64,000 nucleotides of DNA from the human T2T-CHM13v2.0 reference genome, Homo sapiens (GCF_009914755.1 NC_060932.1); one strand, 5' to 3'; numbered from the stretch's first letter, positions 28,156-42,051 are shown. Notes: generated from the sequence alone by a model not told the origin. Program-made: numbers and translations.

Positions 28156-28344
28156 TCCTATAAAAAAGACTCCTATACTTTCCAAATTTTCTTTTCTATA
28201 TTGGAAAGTTCATATAATATAATACAATATAACATAATATAGCACAGTACAACACCATAGCACAACATAAGAGAGTATAACCTGTTTTAATAATGTTGAA
28301 GATACTCTGTATGCACTATGCAGGTTAAGCACATCATTGAACTT

Positions 28345-28500
28345 TTGGAAATAAAGAAATGATAAGTGCTTGAGGTAATGGATACCCAATTACCCTGATT
28401 GGATCATTACACATTGTACACTTTTATCAAAATATCACACGTACCCCCAAATACGTGCAACTATTATGAATCTGTAATGATTAAAAATAATAAATTTAAA
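28345..28500 (+). mobile_element. L1MA 3' end fragment
   Basis: TGAGGTAATGGATACCCAATTACCCTGATTGGATCATTACACATTG. Confidence 0.85.
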
Positions 28501-28656
28501 GAAATTTAAATAAATTTAAAGAAAAGTTAGGAGGTACAAAATTGCTCTTGGGATCTTAAGGAACTGATGTGATCACAATCATCCTTTAGAAAGGCCATTC
28601 CAACAATCTTGTACAAGACGCATTGAGAAAGACGAGATTTGTGGTGGGAAGACTAT

Positions 28657-29002
28657 TGTATTAGTTCGTTTTCATGTTGCTGATAAAGACATACCCGAGA
28701 CTGGGAAGGAAAAGAGGTTTTAATGGACTTACAGTTCCACGTGGCGGTGTAGGCCTCATAATCATGGCGGAAGGCAAGAAGGAGCAAACCATTCATTACG
28801 TGGATGGCAGCAGGCAAAGAGAGAGAGCTTGTTTAGGGGAATTCCACTTATAAAACCATCAGATCTCGTGAGACTTATTCGCTATCAAGAGAAGAGCATG
28901 CGAAAAACCTGCCCTCATCATTCAATTACCTCCTACAGGGTCCCTCCCACAAAATGTGGGTTCAAGATGAGATTCGGCTGGGGAAACAGCCAAAACATAT
29001 CA
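28657..29002 (-). mobile_element. THE1 (A/B-like) solo LTR
   Basis: TGTATTAGTTCGTTTTCATGTTGCTGATAAAGACATACCCGAGACTGGG...CAAAACATATCA; perfect 5-bp TSD ACTAT. Confidence 0.96.
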
Positions 29003-29379
29003 ACTATTAACCTGATAATCAGTTTGCTTTTCAAGACCGTGCCTTTTATTTATAGACTAGTTCCTGAATTTCTTGATCTGATCAATACATTCCATTTTGC
29101 TTTGCTCTCTACAGTTTTACAGCCACCAAATCGGGTGCTTTTCATTGTTTTGTTAAGTCAATGCTTTTTTTTATTTTAATGTATTCTTTTGCCTTTTTCA
29201 GTTATGCTCCCTATTCCTTCTAAGTTTTATTGGCTTATCCATCTTTGCAATGCATCCTCGAACTTACTCATAGAATGCCACTTCCAGGCAGACCCGGGAT
29301 TTTCTCCCTTGGAACTCCACCTTAACTTATGGAATAAGAGGAAAATAGAACTTAAAGAATGACAATATGAATTAAGTGA

Positions 29380-30600
29380 AAGTCATATTTCTGTAATGTT
29401 TAAAAGATACCATTATTATTAAGTACTGATGATCTACTGGATATGGAGAGTAAATGAGAAAGGGGATAAAGACTGATTTCCAAAAATCATTTCAGTAGTT
29501 AAATATATAATGCAACTAACACTGAAATATGGACTATAAGAGGTGACAGCAAGTTTTCAAGGGAAGATAGTAGATTGAAGTTAAACATCTTTGTAAGAGA
29601 ATGCTTAGTGAATAGTTAAATATACAGTTGAGCTCAGATTTAACTTTGGCTGCAAGATGAAAATGTATGTGTCACATACACTGATGCCAGCCTGAAGACC
29701 ACAAGTTAACATGAAGCCACCCAAGAAAATGGCCACAGGCAGACCCTCAGCAGTAACATAGTTAAGCAGTAACACAGTTAAGGAGGAGATACAGGAAAGA
29801 GCTCATGGGAAAGACTGAGAAAAAGAAAATGAAGATGAAGATGGAAAACCAAGCAAGGGTGTTACAGAAGCCACAGTATGAGGGGAATAGTTAGCAGTGG
29901 CAAAGCAGCTCACAGCCTCCTCCTTCTCAATGCCTCTTATATCAGTCTCCTCTTTCCATTCCTGCTGTGTCTGCCCTTTCTGAAGAGTTTATTAGATTGC
30001 CATTCTTTGTCTCTCAAATTATAAGTGTTTCCCCAGACCATCCTTCACAGTCATCAGAGTTATCATCTGAATAAATCAGTTCATATTGTTATTTTTCCTC
30101 CCCAAATAGTTAAAACCTGGAAACTTGGACAATCAAGTTCAAGCTCTTTACCTAGTGTTTAAAGTCTCCCATGTGATTGTCCCAATCAATCCTTCTAACT
30201 TAATTGTCCCCAGAATGTCCTTTCACACTTGTGCTCTATTCACAGCTGATCACTAACATTCCTGGACCGGACAGGTACTTTCAGCCCTAACTTTGTACAT
30301 ATCCTAGAATTACCCTTATCCTACAATTAATCAACTTACCAAGATACTCCTCCACCTATACCAAGATTCCTCCTTCAGCCAAGCTTTAATTCATATGTTA
30401 ACTCCTTATAAAACCTTCTCAGGGCCTGCTGTTTATAAATAATCACTTGCAATGTGAACATTTTATGTATGTATTTTCACATGTGTTTCCTTTTGTCTAC
30501 AGGAAGTTTCAGACATACACATTCCTTAAAGTAAGTGACCCTGTCTTTTTTATACTGGTAGTCTTTACTTCTCTAGGAATGACTTTCCAAATTTTGGATC
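29380..30600. mobile_element. Degenerate L2 fragments, both orientations
   Basis: Purine-rich antisense L2 text up to about 29900, then pyrimidine-rich sense text. Confidence 0.5.
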
Positions 30601-30685
30601 CTTGCCATATATATATATACAGTTGATTCTTGAATTCTGAATTAGTTTGGACCAAATTAGAAAGAGTTTTCTACAGGTATGTTTA

Positions 30686-30712
<27 letters not shown>
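30686..30712. repeat. (TG)13 microsatellite
   Basis: Direct read. Confidence 0.96.
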
Positions 30713-30716
<4 letters not shown>

Positions 30717-31084
30717 CCATGCTCACACATGCTTACAAAGGCACGTAGATCAATACTAGCTTGCTCATTTTTCTCCAAAAGTACTTACAAGTTTGAAGTC
30801 ATTCATCTTATCAGAAGCTATGGGGTCTCTTTTTCCAGTTGTTAAATGTAACATTTTATACGTGATATTGAAAGCACCAATGCTAACTGAGATTCTATTA
30901 AAGAGAAACTGAGGCCCAGTAAGATGTCATAATTCACTCCTAATGATATATATTCCAGCTGTACACTCTGAATATTTTCCAAATCACTCTGCATCATTTC
31001 TGATTTGATTCAGTTACACAGCGTTATGTATTCATGGCTTTAACAAATGCCAGGACATGGAGGTGTTTAAATATAATCTAATAA

Positions 31085-31305
31085 AAATATATTTATGGAG
31101 TTTCCACCTAGCACTGTGTTAGGCACTTTACAAACATTATCATTAATGTTCAGAATGTCCTTTTGAAGTGGGTTTTCTTATCCCCATGTTAGCAAGAAAT
31201 TGTATCTTACAAGATTAAGTAACTCAACTGCAATCACTGCTAGCAAATGACAGAGCTAAATTTCAAGTGTGGGTCTGTCCTAGTACAAAGTCCATGCTCT
31301 TAACA
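31085..31305 (-). mobile_element. MIR SINE
   Basis: GCACTGTGTTAGGCACTTTACA...AAGATTAAGTAACTC...CAAAGTCCATGCTCTTAAC. Confidence 0.8.
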
Positions 31306-31504
31306 ATTTTAGATCAGTGTAATAGCTGACTCTTGGCTAATGTATATGATGAAAAGAGTAATATTAATTTTCAAACTGATCCTAGAGAATTTCATTAGCA
31401 AAAAATAGTTTAAAAAAGAGTTTTTAGAACAAACCTATGAAAATGATTTTTGCTTCACTCTCACACACTTTATTCTGCCAAGCTTTTTAGACTGTTTTAT
31501 TGTC

Positions 31505-32215
<711 letters not shown>

Positions 32216-34561
32216 AAAGATCTGAGAGATGCCAAGAAAGGGTGTTTATATTTCTGCTGAACTAGAACATATGATATATATACGCCGCTGTTTCCTGTTT
32301 TGTCTTAGTCTACCACCCTTGACTTTTGCTTTTGCCCTTTTACAACTTTGGGTCTGGAAATCAATTGTGTCATATAGTGGTTTTGTTACTTATACGTGGA
32401 AACTTCATCTTTACAGCTGTCAGTTTGTATAGTGAAGTCCAAGTAAAATGGAAAATCTGCCCCTGTCCGGTGTCAAGACCAGGGCAAAGGAGTGAATTCC
32501 TGAGTTCAGGTTAGACATTTTAGTCTATTTTCTTGGTCTCTGAACAGACTTTATCTTGTCTTTGGGTTGATGTTAACTCTCAGGGGTAAAGTAAAAATCA
32601 GTTCTCTTTATTCCAGAAGCTGATGTAAAGATCTGAGGCTAACAGATATTTCATTTTCTAAAATGTTTTAACAATTGTTATAGAGTTCATTCTAACCCCA
32701 ATCTGAACACCTGTCAAATACTTGGTAACTGAGTAATTTACAGTAAAATCTTGAAACATAAGTTCTTAAATTCTACATTTCAAAGCTCAAAAACCCTTAG
32801 TCTTGAAAGGAATAAAAAAGCTTATTTTCTGCCCTGAATTTTCACTCCAATTAAGTGTTGCTTTCTCAAACAGTAAGCATCTCCACTAGATGTTAGGATT
32901 TATTTTTTTATTTAATTTTTTTTTTTTGCCTTTAACAAAGAGCATGATGATTGCTCCCTCATGAATAACTGATCATCAGAGAAAGTCTCAAATGCATTCC
33001 ATTGATTAGCATCTCCAAGTAAAACACAGGTTTTAAATCCTGGCTAGGATTTCCACCTGATTATCTCTGGGAGAAAGAAAACACAAAATACCCAGAGGAG
33101 AGATTTTAAGTTTATTTTCTCTTTTTGTACTTTTCGTAAAGAATTTCTTTCCAAACCAATCAGCAGCCCATTGGCTGAAACGCAGGGCTGGCTCATTGGA
33201 AATTCAAGCTTAAAATGGGCAGTGGGAAGCTGTCTTTTTGTGCAATATCTCAAGAAAAATAAAACAAATTCGATCATTATGAAGTCTGTGTTGCTTCACG
33301 ATTGTGCTGCACTCCTTGACATCCCTGCCATTTTATGAATAACGAGAGCTCTTAGCATTGACAGCCCGCCTTGTCCTAACTTGAGATTAGCATTAGTCAC
33401 CCTGGACACCTGCTTAGAGGTCTTCAACAACTCTATTTTTTTTTCTGGAAGTAGAACAGGAAAGCATTCAGTTTTAGCTAGCATTTACTAGGTCCTCTTT
33501 CTGTGTCAGATTCCATGCTAGAAGGTTTTTGGAACTAAATATTGAAGACTAGGAGCAGAGTGTATAGCTTCCCAGAGTATGGCCAGACATAGAGCAGAAT
33601 AAATTTTCCCCAGAGGAAAAAATGGAATTAGAAATCAAGACCTTGAAAATATTGCACCTACTTATGCCAACAAAATATTCAAAGAACCAGCATGAACATT
33701 TGCTCTAATGGAAGAGGAAAAAAATAAAACTTGATAAAATCCATTTCAACTATCTGATTAAGCTAAAATGTGAGTTGAAGTTGATTGTTTTATTTGGCAC
33801 CTAAGTATGTGAAATGTTTTTTCTTCCTCTCTCTCTTTGCAAATTAGTAATCATGGCACGACCATGCAGAGCATCTGGCAGGTGAGAATTCTAGCAATAA
33901 TTTGATTTTACTGGACTAAGTGGTGACTAGAGCAACAGAAAAAAAAGAGGTGTGTAGATTGGGGGGTCTAAATATCATCCCACACACTAGCAGACTAGTT
34001 AAGTGTGGGCTCACAACATTGAACTGAAGGGATGCTAAGGCAAGTATCATAAGTGAGCGGAAAGATGTTCCTTGAATTTTCCAGCAGTGCTTGCTCACAC
34101 ACTGTTTTTGGTCTTTTATCATTTCTACAGAATCTAGACATCAAACTTATCATGCTAAATGAAGAGAGTCGTGTAGGACTTTGAGAAGAGGAACAGGTAG
34201 ACAAGAGATATGTTTGGGGACAGAGGGCCTGACTTTAATATTCCTAAAATCATTCCTTTTACTCTAGGTGTGACTCGTATGCTGCCCTTGACTTTGCTGC
34301 CGTCTTTTGTAGTGCGAGTCCAACATTTTTATGTGATGTGATGGAACAACTGTAACTGCTTCACTAAAAACTTTTCAGCAGTTTCCAGTGGTTATTAGAA
34401 TAACATCTAAATCCTTAACAACACGACTTGTTTACAGCTCCACCCTCCCATTGTGTGTTTCAGCTATTCCAGCCATGATGAAATTGATTTCCTTGAACTG
34501 CTTTTTTTTTCTCTCTCTCTCTATCTCTCTCTCTCTCTCTCCACCCTATAATTTCACTCTT

Positions 34562-34866
34562 CTGTTTGTTTGTTGAGAGATAGGATCTTGCTCTGTTTCC
34601 CAGGCTGGAGTGCAGTAGAGTGATCCTATGTCAGTGCAGCCTCAAATTCCTGGACTGACAAGATCCTCCAGCCTCAGTCTCCCAAGTAGCTAGGACTACA
34701 GGCATGCACCACCACATGCTGCTAATTCTTTAAACAAATTATTATTGGTAGAGACAGGGTGTCCCTATGTTATCCAGGCTGGTCTTGAACTTCTGGGCTC
34801 AAGCAATCCACCTCCCTTGGCCTCCCAAAGCCCTGGGATTACAGGCATGAGCCACGGCACCCAGCC
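34562..34866 (-). mobile_element. AluJ
   Basis: TTCTGGGCTCAAGCAATCC; degenerate TSD ATA.TTT.ACTCTT; (CT)n just upstream at 34511-34540. Confidence 0.92.
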
Positions 34867-36604
34867 CATACTTTTACTCTTTTATTGTCTCAGACAAGAA
34901 CAGATAAAGTAGGAATAAAGAAATGGTAACTCACACTCAGGTCTCACTTTGGCTGACACTTACTCCAAGATGTCTTCCCTGATCCTTGCCCCCCCACCGC
35001 CATTACCCTTGGCTTATCAATCACGGCTCACTGAACTTAATTGCCTTTTTCCTTTGCTTGTTGTTTATTTTGGCCTAGTGCCTAGCACAACACCTGGCTC
35101 AATGATTCACTCATTCACCACATATTTGTTTAATTGAATTATATTGACAGGGGAACAAGAGATCTTGGTGTTGATATCAACTCTGATATTATAACTTGAA
35201 TTAACTTAACTTTTTTGGACCTTAATATTATAATCTATAAATGAGAGCTTTGATTATGATCCTTCTAATATGATGCTTGGCTTTCTAAAAATATTTTCCC
35301 CAAGTAAAGTAGCATATCCATAGAAAGGAATTTAGTCATTTCCTCAATTTCAATATTCAGGAATGACAGACTGATAGTCAGATTACAGCATTAACACGGA
35401 ACTGAAAGACTGCATAAGTTGATATCTCAAATAATCATAAAATTTCAACTAGTGGTTTTTAGAAAGTGCCCACATTATCATAATAATGATTAAGTTCTAG
35501 TTTTTGTAATGATTCTATTCACATTTAATGGTCTTGCTACATAACTCGATCAATCCTCATACAACCATACAATTTATTGTATGCTTTAGTTAACTGTAGC
35601 AGAACTTTTTTCTCAATCTGAAAGTTGATTTGGTAAATCCTCCTCAGATGACTTCTGAGTTGAACTGGTGGGAAGAAAAATCAGAGGAAGAAAAAATAGA
35701 CATTTTTATTGTTAAAAGAGAAGATAAATCTATCCTGAATAGAGCTGCTATTAATATTCTGAACCACATGGTCAAACAAAGTTATGTTTCCTGTACAGGA
35801 TAAGAAGCTGTAGGGTAATAAACAAGACTTTCCATAGCTTCAATTTTCCAGCTGTTTGTGGAAATACTTGACATTTAACAACATGCGCTCGGCTGTTCAA
35901 CAGAAAATGGAATTATCACATCTTTCTAGCAACTGTCCATAAGGCAGATCTCGTTCCACACTGCTGCCAGATGTCTTCTTGAGCCTAGAGTAGAATTCCC
36001 TGCAAAGAAAATTTCAAATGCAGTGAAAATAAAGGGTGGGGGGACATTTAAAGCAATGGCAAGAAATAGCTCTTAAATGCAGCAATTTTCTAGACTATGT
36101 CTTATTCTTATGGTGAGAATTTTTTTAAAAAGTGTGTATTCTGACACATCAGTCATCTCTCCTATCCTCAGTTTCACAAAAGGAACAATTCGTAGCAAAT
36201 AAAAGATGATATTATGTCATTGTCATCCTTGCCAAGCTCATGTATTTTCTTCATTGGTAAGAAGGTTAAAAATGTAACATTCTATTGGAAGAAGCACAAA
36301 AATGAGATGTGGGGAGCTTATTTAGTGATTCATCCCCCCTCCCACTTTTTTCTTTGCTGGAATCCTATGACTTCCGAACAATGCCATTGCTAAGCAACAG
36401 ATCAGACACTTCCTTGCAAGATGCAGGTGAATCAGAAGGTATAATGTGAGCTTAGTCAGAACCCTCATGGATGCAGTAGCCCTCTGCACCTCAGGGTGAG
36501 AGGCAGGAGCAACTCTTCCCTTGTGCTCTACATTTTCCATGGTGATGGAAATTGGGCACCTATCAGGACACAAGAGGCCAGGTTATCCTTAAAAATGCAA
36601 ATTT

Positions 36605-36812
36605 GGCCAGATGCATTGGTTTATGCCTGTAAACACAGCACTTTGGGAGGCTGAGGTGGGAGGCTTATTTGAGCTCAGGATCTCGAGGCTGCAGTGAACC
36701 ATGATCACATCACTGATGGAATTATCACATCTTTCCAGCAACTGTCCACAAGGCAGATCATCCCATTCTGGGAGACAGAGTGAGATCTTGTCTCGAAAAA
36801 AAAAAAAAAAAA
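36605..36812 (+). mobile_element. Alu monomer (FRAM/FAM-like) carrying a 44-bp non-Alu insert
   Basis: GGCCAGATGCATTGG...GAGGCTGCAGTGAACCATGATCACATCACTG [insert 36716-36759] ...CTGGGAGACAGAGTGAGATCTTGTCTC plus A tail. Confidence 0.9.
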
Positions 36813-36819
36813 TTCTTAA

Positions 36820-37090
36820 TTTGCCTAAGCCATTTAATGTCTTTAGGCTTCAATTCTCCAAACTGTAAAATAAGGCAGTTGTGCTGGATTCATTGTTTCT
36901 CACACTTTATGTGCATCAGAATAATCTGAAGGAAGTATTCCAATAATTTTTGAATTAATAGATTTTTATAGATTTTATCAAGGCATGTGTAGTTTTAAAC
37001 AGTTTCCCCTAGTCATTCTGATACAAACCAAAGATTAGGATTGCTCAGAGTAAATAGTTTGTAGAATCCTTTCTATTCTAATATTCTTTG
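36820..37090 (+). mobile_element. MIR3-like fragment with an inserted MER5-type element
   Basis: AACTGTAAAATAAGGCAGTTG, then TTTCTCACACTTTATGTGCATCAGAATAATC...TAGTCATTCTGAT. Confidence 0.55.
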
Positions 37091-37319
37091 GGGTTAAATT
37101 TTGAATTAAATGAATTCAAAATGGTTCATTGGGTAAAAATTGAGTGGATAACTCCTTAGGAGGATCCTGTCATCACTGACCCAGGGAAGCTTTGCCTCTT
37201 TCATATCTTCATTTCACTTAACTTTCTAATCATGAGAAGCAATGGCATTATCTAACTTCTCAGGTCCTTGAAGCTACTTTAATTCCTTCTCTTTCATTTT
37301 CCGTGTGCAATTAATGCTT

Positions 37320-37565
37320 GTAATGATAACAGTAGCTAAGACTTAAGTAGCACATATATTGTGCTAGGAATTCTCCAAAGTCCTTTATTTTTATTAAAGA
37401 ATTTAATCTTTATAACAGCTCTATACAATAAGAATAATAATTAGCCCTATTTTGCAGATGAGGAAAATTAGGCACAGATAAGTTAAATAATTTACTCAAG
37501 CTCCCATACATAATAGTAAACCCAGGCAGTATTGCACCAATGTTCATACTTACCACTATGCTGTT
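37320..37565 (-). mobile_element. MIR SINE
   Basis: CCTATTTTGCAGATGAGGAAAATTAGGCACAGATAAGTTAAATAATTTACTCAAG. Confidence 0.85.
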
Positions 37566-38499
37566 CTGAATCTAGTTTATTGGTGCAGTTTTGCTATTTG
37601 CATAATTTATAGTGTCTTCTGATTTATTTTTCTCTTTTAATTACTACTACCAAATGCCTGATTTATGTTGATGCCAATTCACCATAAATAACTTCAGAAT
37701 TTACTGAGCACCTTAAAATGTGAGTAGAATTGTGCTCCAGTAGGTAATGATAAGGTCTCTTCTTTTAAGGAACTGCATAGTGTTTTTAATAAACTTGTAG
37801 GTTTTCTTACTTGGATCTGTCTGACACCATTTCTACAAGTGGCTTTGAATACAAATTTGCTAACCAATTTCCAAATGCTTCACATTACACTTTCACTTTC
37901 AGTAATTAAAAATATTTTATCCTCTACTTCCATTATAACTAAAGGTACAACTGCTGGTAGTCTTTTGGTGAACTCTCATACAAAGCAGTCAAGATATTAC
38001 TTAGAAATGTTACCTTTACATAAATGTTCTAACTCAATCTTTACCCAAGTCTTTGAAAGTCCTATTAGAATTCACATTTACTAAGAAATCTTAATTCAAA
38101 TTAAGAAAAACTGATTTTCAAAGCATTTCTAACTCCCAAAAGAAGAGTTTGCAATTGTGATTGTGGATGTTTCTGAATATATCTGTGGAACATTCACACA
38201 TAGATGATATTCAGAATTTTATATAAGAAAACTACTATTAATTCTGGTCTTAGCAAGTGAATCTGATATCATAAAAGCACTCATGTGTCAAAATTTAATT
38301 CTCAAAATGTTAGAAACATAATTCTTATGTAAATAAATAGTGATCATTTGTCAAATTTTTATTTAATTTATTAATGAGGGAAGCAGTGATTTGAGAAAAG
38401 TGATTCAAAAAATATATGAAGTAAATGATTTTATATAATCAATGAAATAAAAAAGAATACTAATGTAAGCTTCTTATATTCAATTTAAAATGTAGATTG

Positions 38500-38810
38500 G
38501 GCCAAGCATGGTGGCTCACCCCTGGAATCCCAGCCCTTTGGGAGCCCAAGGAGGGTGGATCACTTGAGGTCTAAAGTTCGAGAGCAGCCTGGCCAACATG
38601 GTGAAACCCCATCTCTACTAAAAATACAAAAATTATCCTGGTGTGATGGTGGGTGCCTGTAATTCCAACTACTCAAGAGGCTGAGGGAGGAGAATCACTT
38701 GAACCCAGGAGGCAGAGGTTGCAGTGAGCCAATATCCCACCACTACATCCCAGTCTGGGCAACAGAGGGAGACTCTATCACAAAAACAAAATAAAAAAGC
38801 AACAAAAAAA
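38500..38810 (+). mobile_element. AluS (Sz/Sx-like)
   Basis: Full dimer; TSD approximately AAAA(T)GTAGA. Confidence 0.93.
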
Positions 38811-39504
38811 GTAGACAGATTCATATCTTAGATTGCAATAAAGTCATAGACTTTATCTTTCCTTGTTACAAGAAATAAAGTCATCTTGATTTACTATTGT
38901 TCTAAAAGTTAACCTCTAGCTATATGAAAATGTAAAGTATCTTAAACTTAATCAGTAGTAAACATCATTTCAAACACACACTCCAAAATAGTAAGTTGGC
39001 CCGTAGATAAAATTATGCACAATGATTTAGCATAGTATTAAACTTTTACACAAACTCTTGCTTTATTTTCAATGAATGGATAATTAGAATACATTTTTAT
39101 TTCATAGAATCCATTATGCATTCAGAAAGTTAACTCATTTTGGTGGATTACAGTTATTTTAGTGTTAAACTTAGCATTATGGGACAGATCTCTACCCCAG
39201 AAAAAATTACTGTAGGTCACAAGTGTTTGTATTAGCACAGGTTAGACTTAAGTCCATGAGACCATGAAGGAAGCTACTGTAATAGTCCATGCAGTATATG
39301 CTAGATGAGAGAATGACAGCTGCTGGTCTAGCATTTATTGTCTGGTCGATGGATAAATGCTTAATTTCCTGATAACTTAAGTCCACAATAAATGCTTGTA
39401 CAGGGAAAGGCAGTTACTGGTACATAACAGTTGGTGCATAAATATTCACTAAGTAAATATGTGTAGGTATAACTTTAAGATAAATAACTGATTTCAACAC
39501 TATC

Positions 39505-39876
39505 TACTATCGTCTGAATGTCTGCATCCCCCAAAAGTTCATATGCTAAAACCGAATCACCAAGACGATAGTCTTAGGAGGTAGGTCTTTGGGGAGGTGA
39601 TACATAGGCAGGCCTTTTGGGAGAGTTCTGTCCTCATGAATGAAATGAGTTCTGTTATGAAAGAGCCCCCATAGAGCTGCCTTGTTTCTGCCACCATGTG
39701 AAGACACAGCAAGAAGGCACCAATCTATGAGGAATCTGTTCCTCACCAGACACCAGATCTGCCAGGGCCTTGATTTTGGACTTCCTTGCCCACAGAACTG
39801 TAAGAAATAAATGGTTGCTGTTTATATCCACCCAGTTTAGGATATTTTTGTTATAGGAGGCCAGACGGACTAACAC
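39505..39876 (+). mobile_element. MaLR LTR MLT1A0-like
   Basis: CTGAATGTCTGCATCCCCCAAAAGTTCATATG...CCATGTGAAGACACAGCAAGAAGG...CAGAACTGTAAGAAATAAAT. Confidence 0.9.
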
Positions 39877-40257
39877 TACTTGACAGTAAAAATAAATAAA
39901 TAGAAGATTGATTGGATGACCAGTTCTTTTCAAAATATTCCAAGTCTTGAGATTATTTTTTCTTACTGATTTTATTATCTGTCATTACTGTATCTACTAG
40001 TATCTTAATGACCCCAAATGAAATGCACTAATATTTTCCTTGCCATTTATTTGTTGTCCTTGTACTTGCCATTCCTTCTGTGGGGAATGTTCTTCCCTCA
40101 GATATCTACATGGCTCACTCATTTCTTTCAGGTTTCTGTTCATGAGGCATCCACAGGTACTTCCTGTGACCACCTTCCCTGAGAAAACAATTTTACTCTA
40201 GGTTCTCTTTCTTCTGCTTTACTTTTCTCCATAACTACAGATATTAACATCAGTATG

Positions 40258-40635
40258 TATTTATTTATTTTAAATACACTTTCTCTCTTAGAGCATTTTA
40301 TGTTCACAACAAAATTATGCATTAGCTACAGAGTTCCCCTAAACATCCTGCTTCCCCCACCACACACATAGACTTTCCCACTATCAGCATCCACCACTAG
40401 AAATGGTACATCTGTTAAAAATCAATGAACTTACATTGACAAATCACCATTATCACCCAAAGTCCGTAGCTCACCTTAGTTCACTGTTGGTGTTGTACTG
40501 CAGGTGTTGGCAAATGTATAATGGTACGTATTTACCATTATAGTATCATACAGAATAGTTTAACTGCCCGAAAATTCCTCTGTGTTCTGCCTAGTCATCC
40601 CTCCCCTCACCCCCATAAACCACTAATCTTTTTAT
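40258..40635 (-). mobile_element. L1MC1/2-like 3' end
   Basis: Same family text as 14013-14400 (CATTATCACCCAAAGTCC, ATCATACAGAATAGTTT). Confidence 0.85.
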
Positions 40636-41712
40636 TTTCGTAGTAGTCAAAAGAAGCCTCCAGAATTCTTATCAGATACTCTGAAGGAATGGTAAAATCT
40701 TTAGATTATAGAAACCGTATTGCATACGAGCCTTCAACTTCCAAACACCTAATTAAAATGTTTCTGTCATAGAAGAATTATGAGACTTGCTGAATGATCA
40801 ATTGATTAATTGATTTTAGGAAGTGGAAAAAAGAAAGATCTGGTACACAGAATAGCATAGAAAAGCGGTGTTAATCATTTTAGCAGCAATTATTTATTTT
40901 CTTACTGTATGTTTTGTTTAATCTACCCAACTCTTGTTGCTTTTGAATGGGATGGGGCTAAATCCATATGATGAGTGATAGGCTATGTGTTCAGAGGATT
41001 CCAATAAGACTTTGCTCTAATGTCAGGAAATGACTTAAACGTCTGATCTGGACGATCTGTACATACCTGCAGAGTCAAGCGTGTCTGAGTTGCTTCTCCT
41101 AATGTTTCCAGGAAACTAACTACCATGCCAAGTACATGACTTGTTGCCTGGCAACCTCAGGACCCAGCTTTCACTACATTTTGTAAGCACTTCTCTGTTG
41201 CAGGTTTATGTTATTTTGGGAACTCACCTCAGAACCCTATGACCTGGTGTCCACAATCAAAGCAAAGTCAAAGATGGAGAAAATTTTCTAGAACATTTAT
41301 AAAATAATCTTATTGCCATAATTACTCCAAACTTTTGAAAAAAAATTGCCAGATTTTGATGCACTTTAGCATAATCAAAGTCATGATTATTTAATGGGTG
41401 TACAGAATCCACTTATTTTCTAGGTTGAACTAGAGTGATAATTTTTAAGTTATGGTTCAGAGACGACAGCATATTGTAGGAATTAGAAACTTGCCTCTTT
41501 CAATAGGTAGGGCCAGTTGACCCTCAACTGCATGATAAATCTAATTGTTGCTATCAGTTTTGCAATACATACATGAACAAACAGTATGTTAAGCTCTTCA
41601 CATAAAATAATATATTTAATCATCACGAAGACCATATGAGGTAGAGGCAATATTTTTTTTTTTTTTTTGCAGCACACATGATACAAACCCGTCTGTACAG
41701 AAACATTAAGTT

Positions 41713-42051
41713 CAGTAGTTTTCCTTTATCCATGATTTTGCTTTTCATGGTTTCAGTTACTTGCTTTCAACTGAATATTGGAAATATTCAATAGAAAATT
41801 CCAAAAATAAACAATTCATAAGTTTTAAATTGTGAGCCATTGTGAGTAGTGTGATATCTTGCTCTGTTCTGTTCCATCCAAAGGATGTAAATCATTCCTT
41901 TGTCCACAGTGTGTATTAAGTGCTTAGTTAAGATGGAAAAGATATTAAATTTGTGGGTGGAAGACATGAACAGAAATGTGTTACAATCTGTGGTTTCAGG
42001 CATCTACTGAGGGTCTTGGAATGTATCCCCGGTGAATAGAGGGCAATGCTG
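41713..42051 (+). mobile_element. MER44A (Tigger7 derivative), inside an antisense MIR
   Basis: CAGTAGTTTTCCTTTATCC...AAATTCCAAAAATAAACAATTCATAAG...GGTCTTGGAATGTATCCCC...CTG then TA. Confidence 0.85.

Noticed and set aside
29749-29782. Short tandem duplication AGCAGTAACA(T/C)AGTTA x2
   Set aside because: Ordinary slippage inside an L2 remnant.
32944-33060. C/D snoRNA-like ATGATGA...CTGA
   Set aside because: No convincing terminal stem and no rRNA or snRNA antisense element that I can recognise; these motifs are common by chance.
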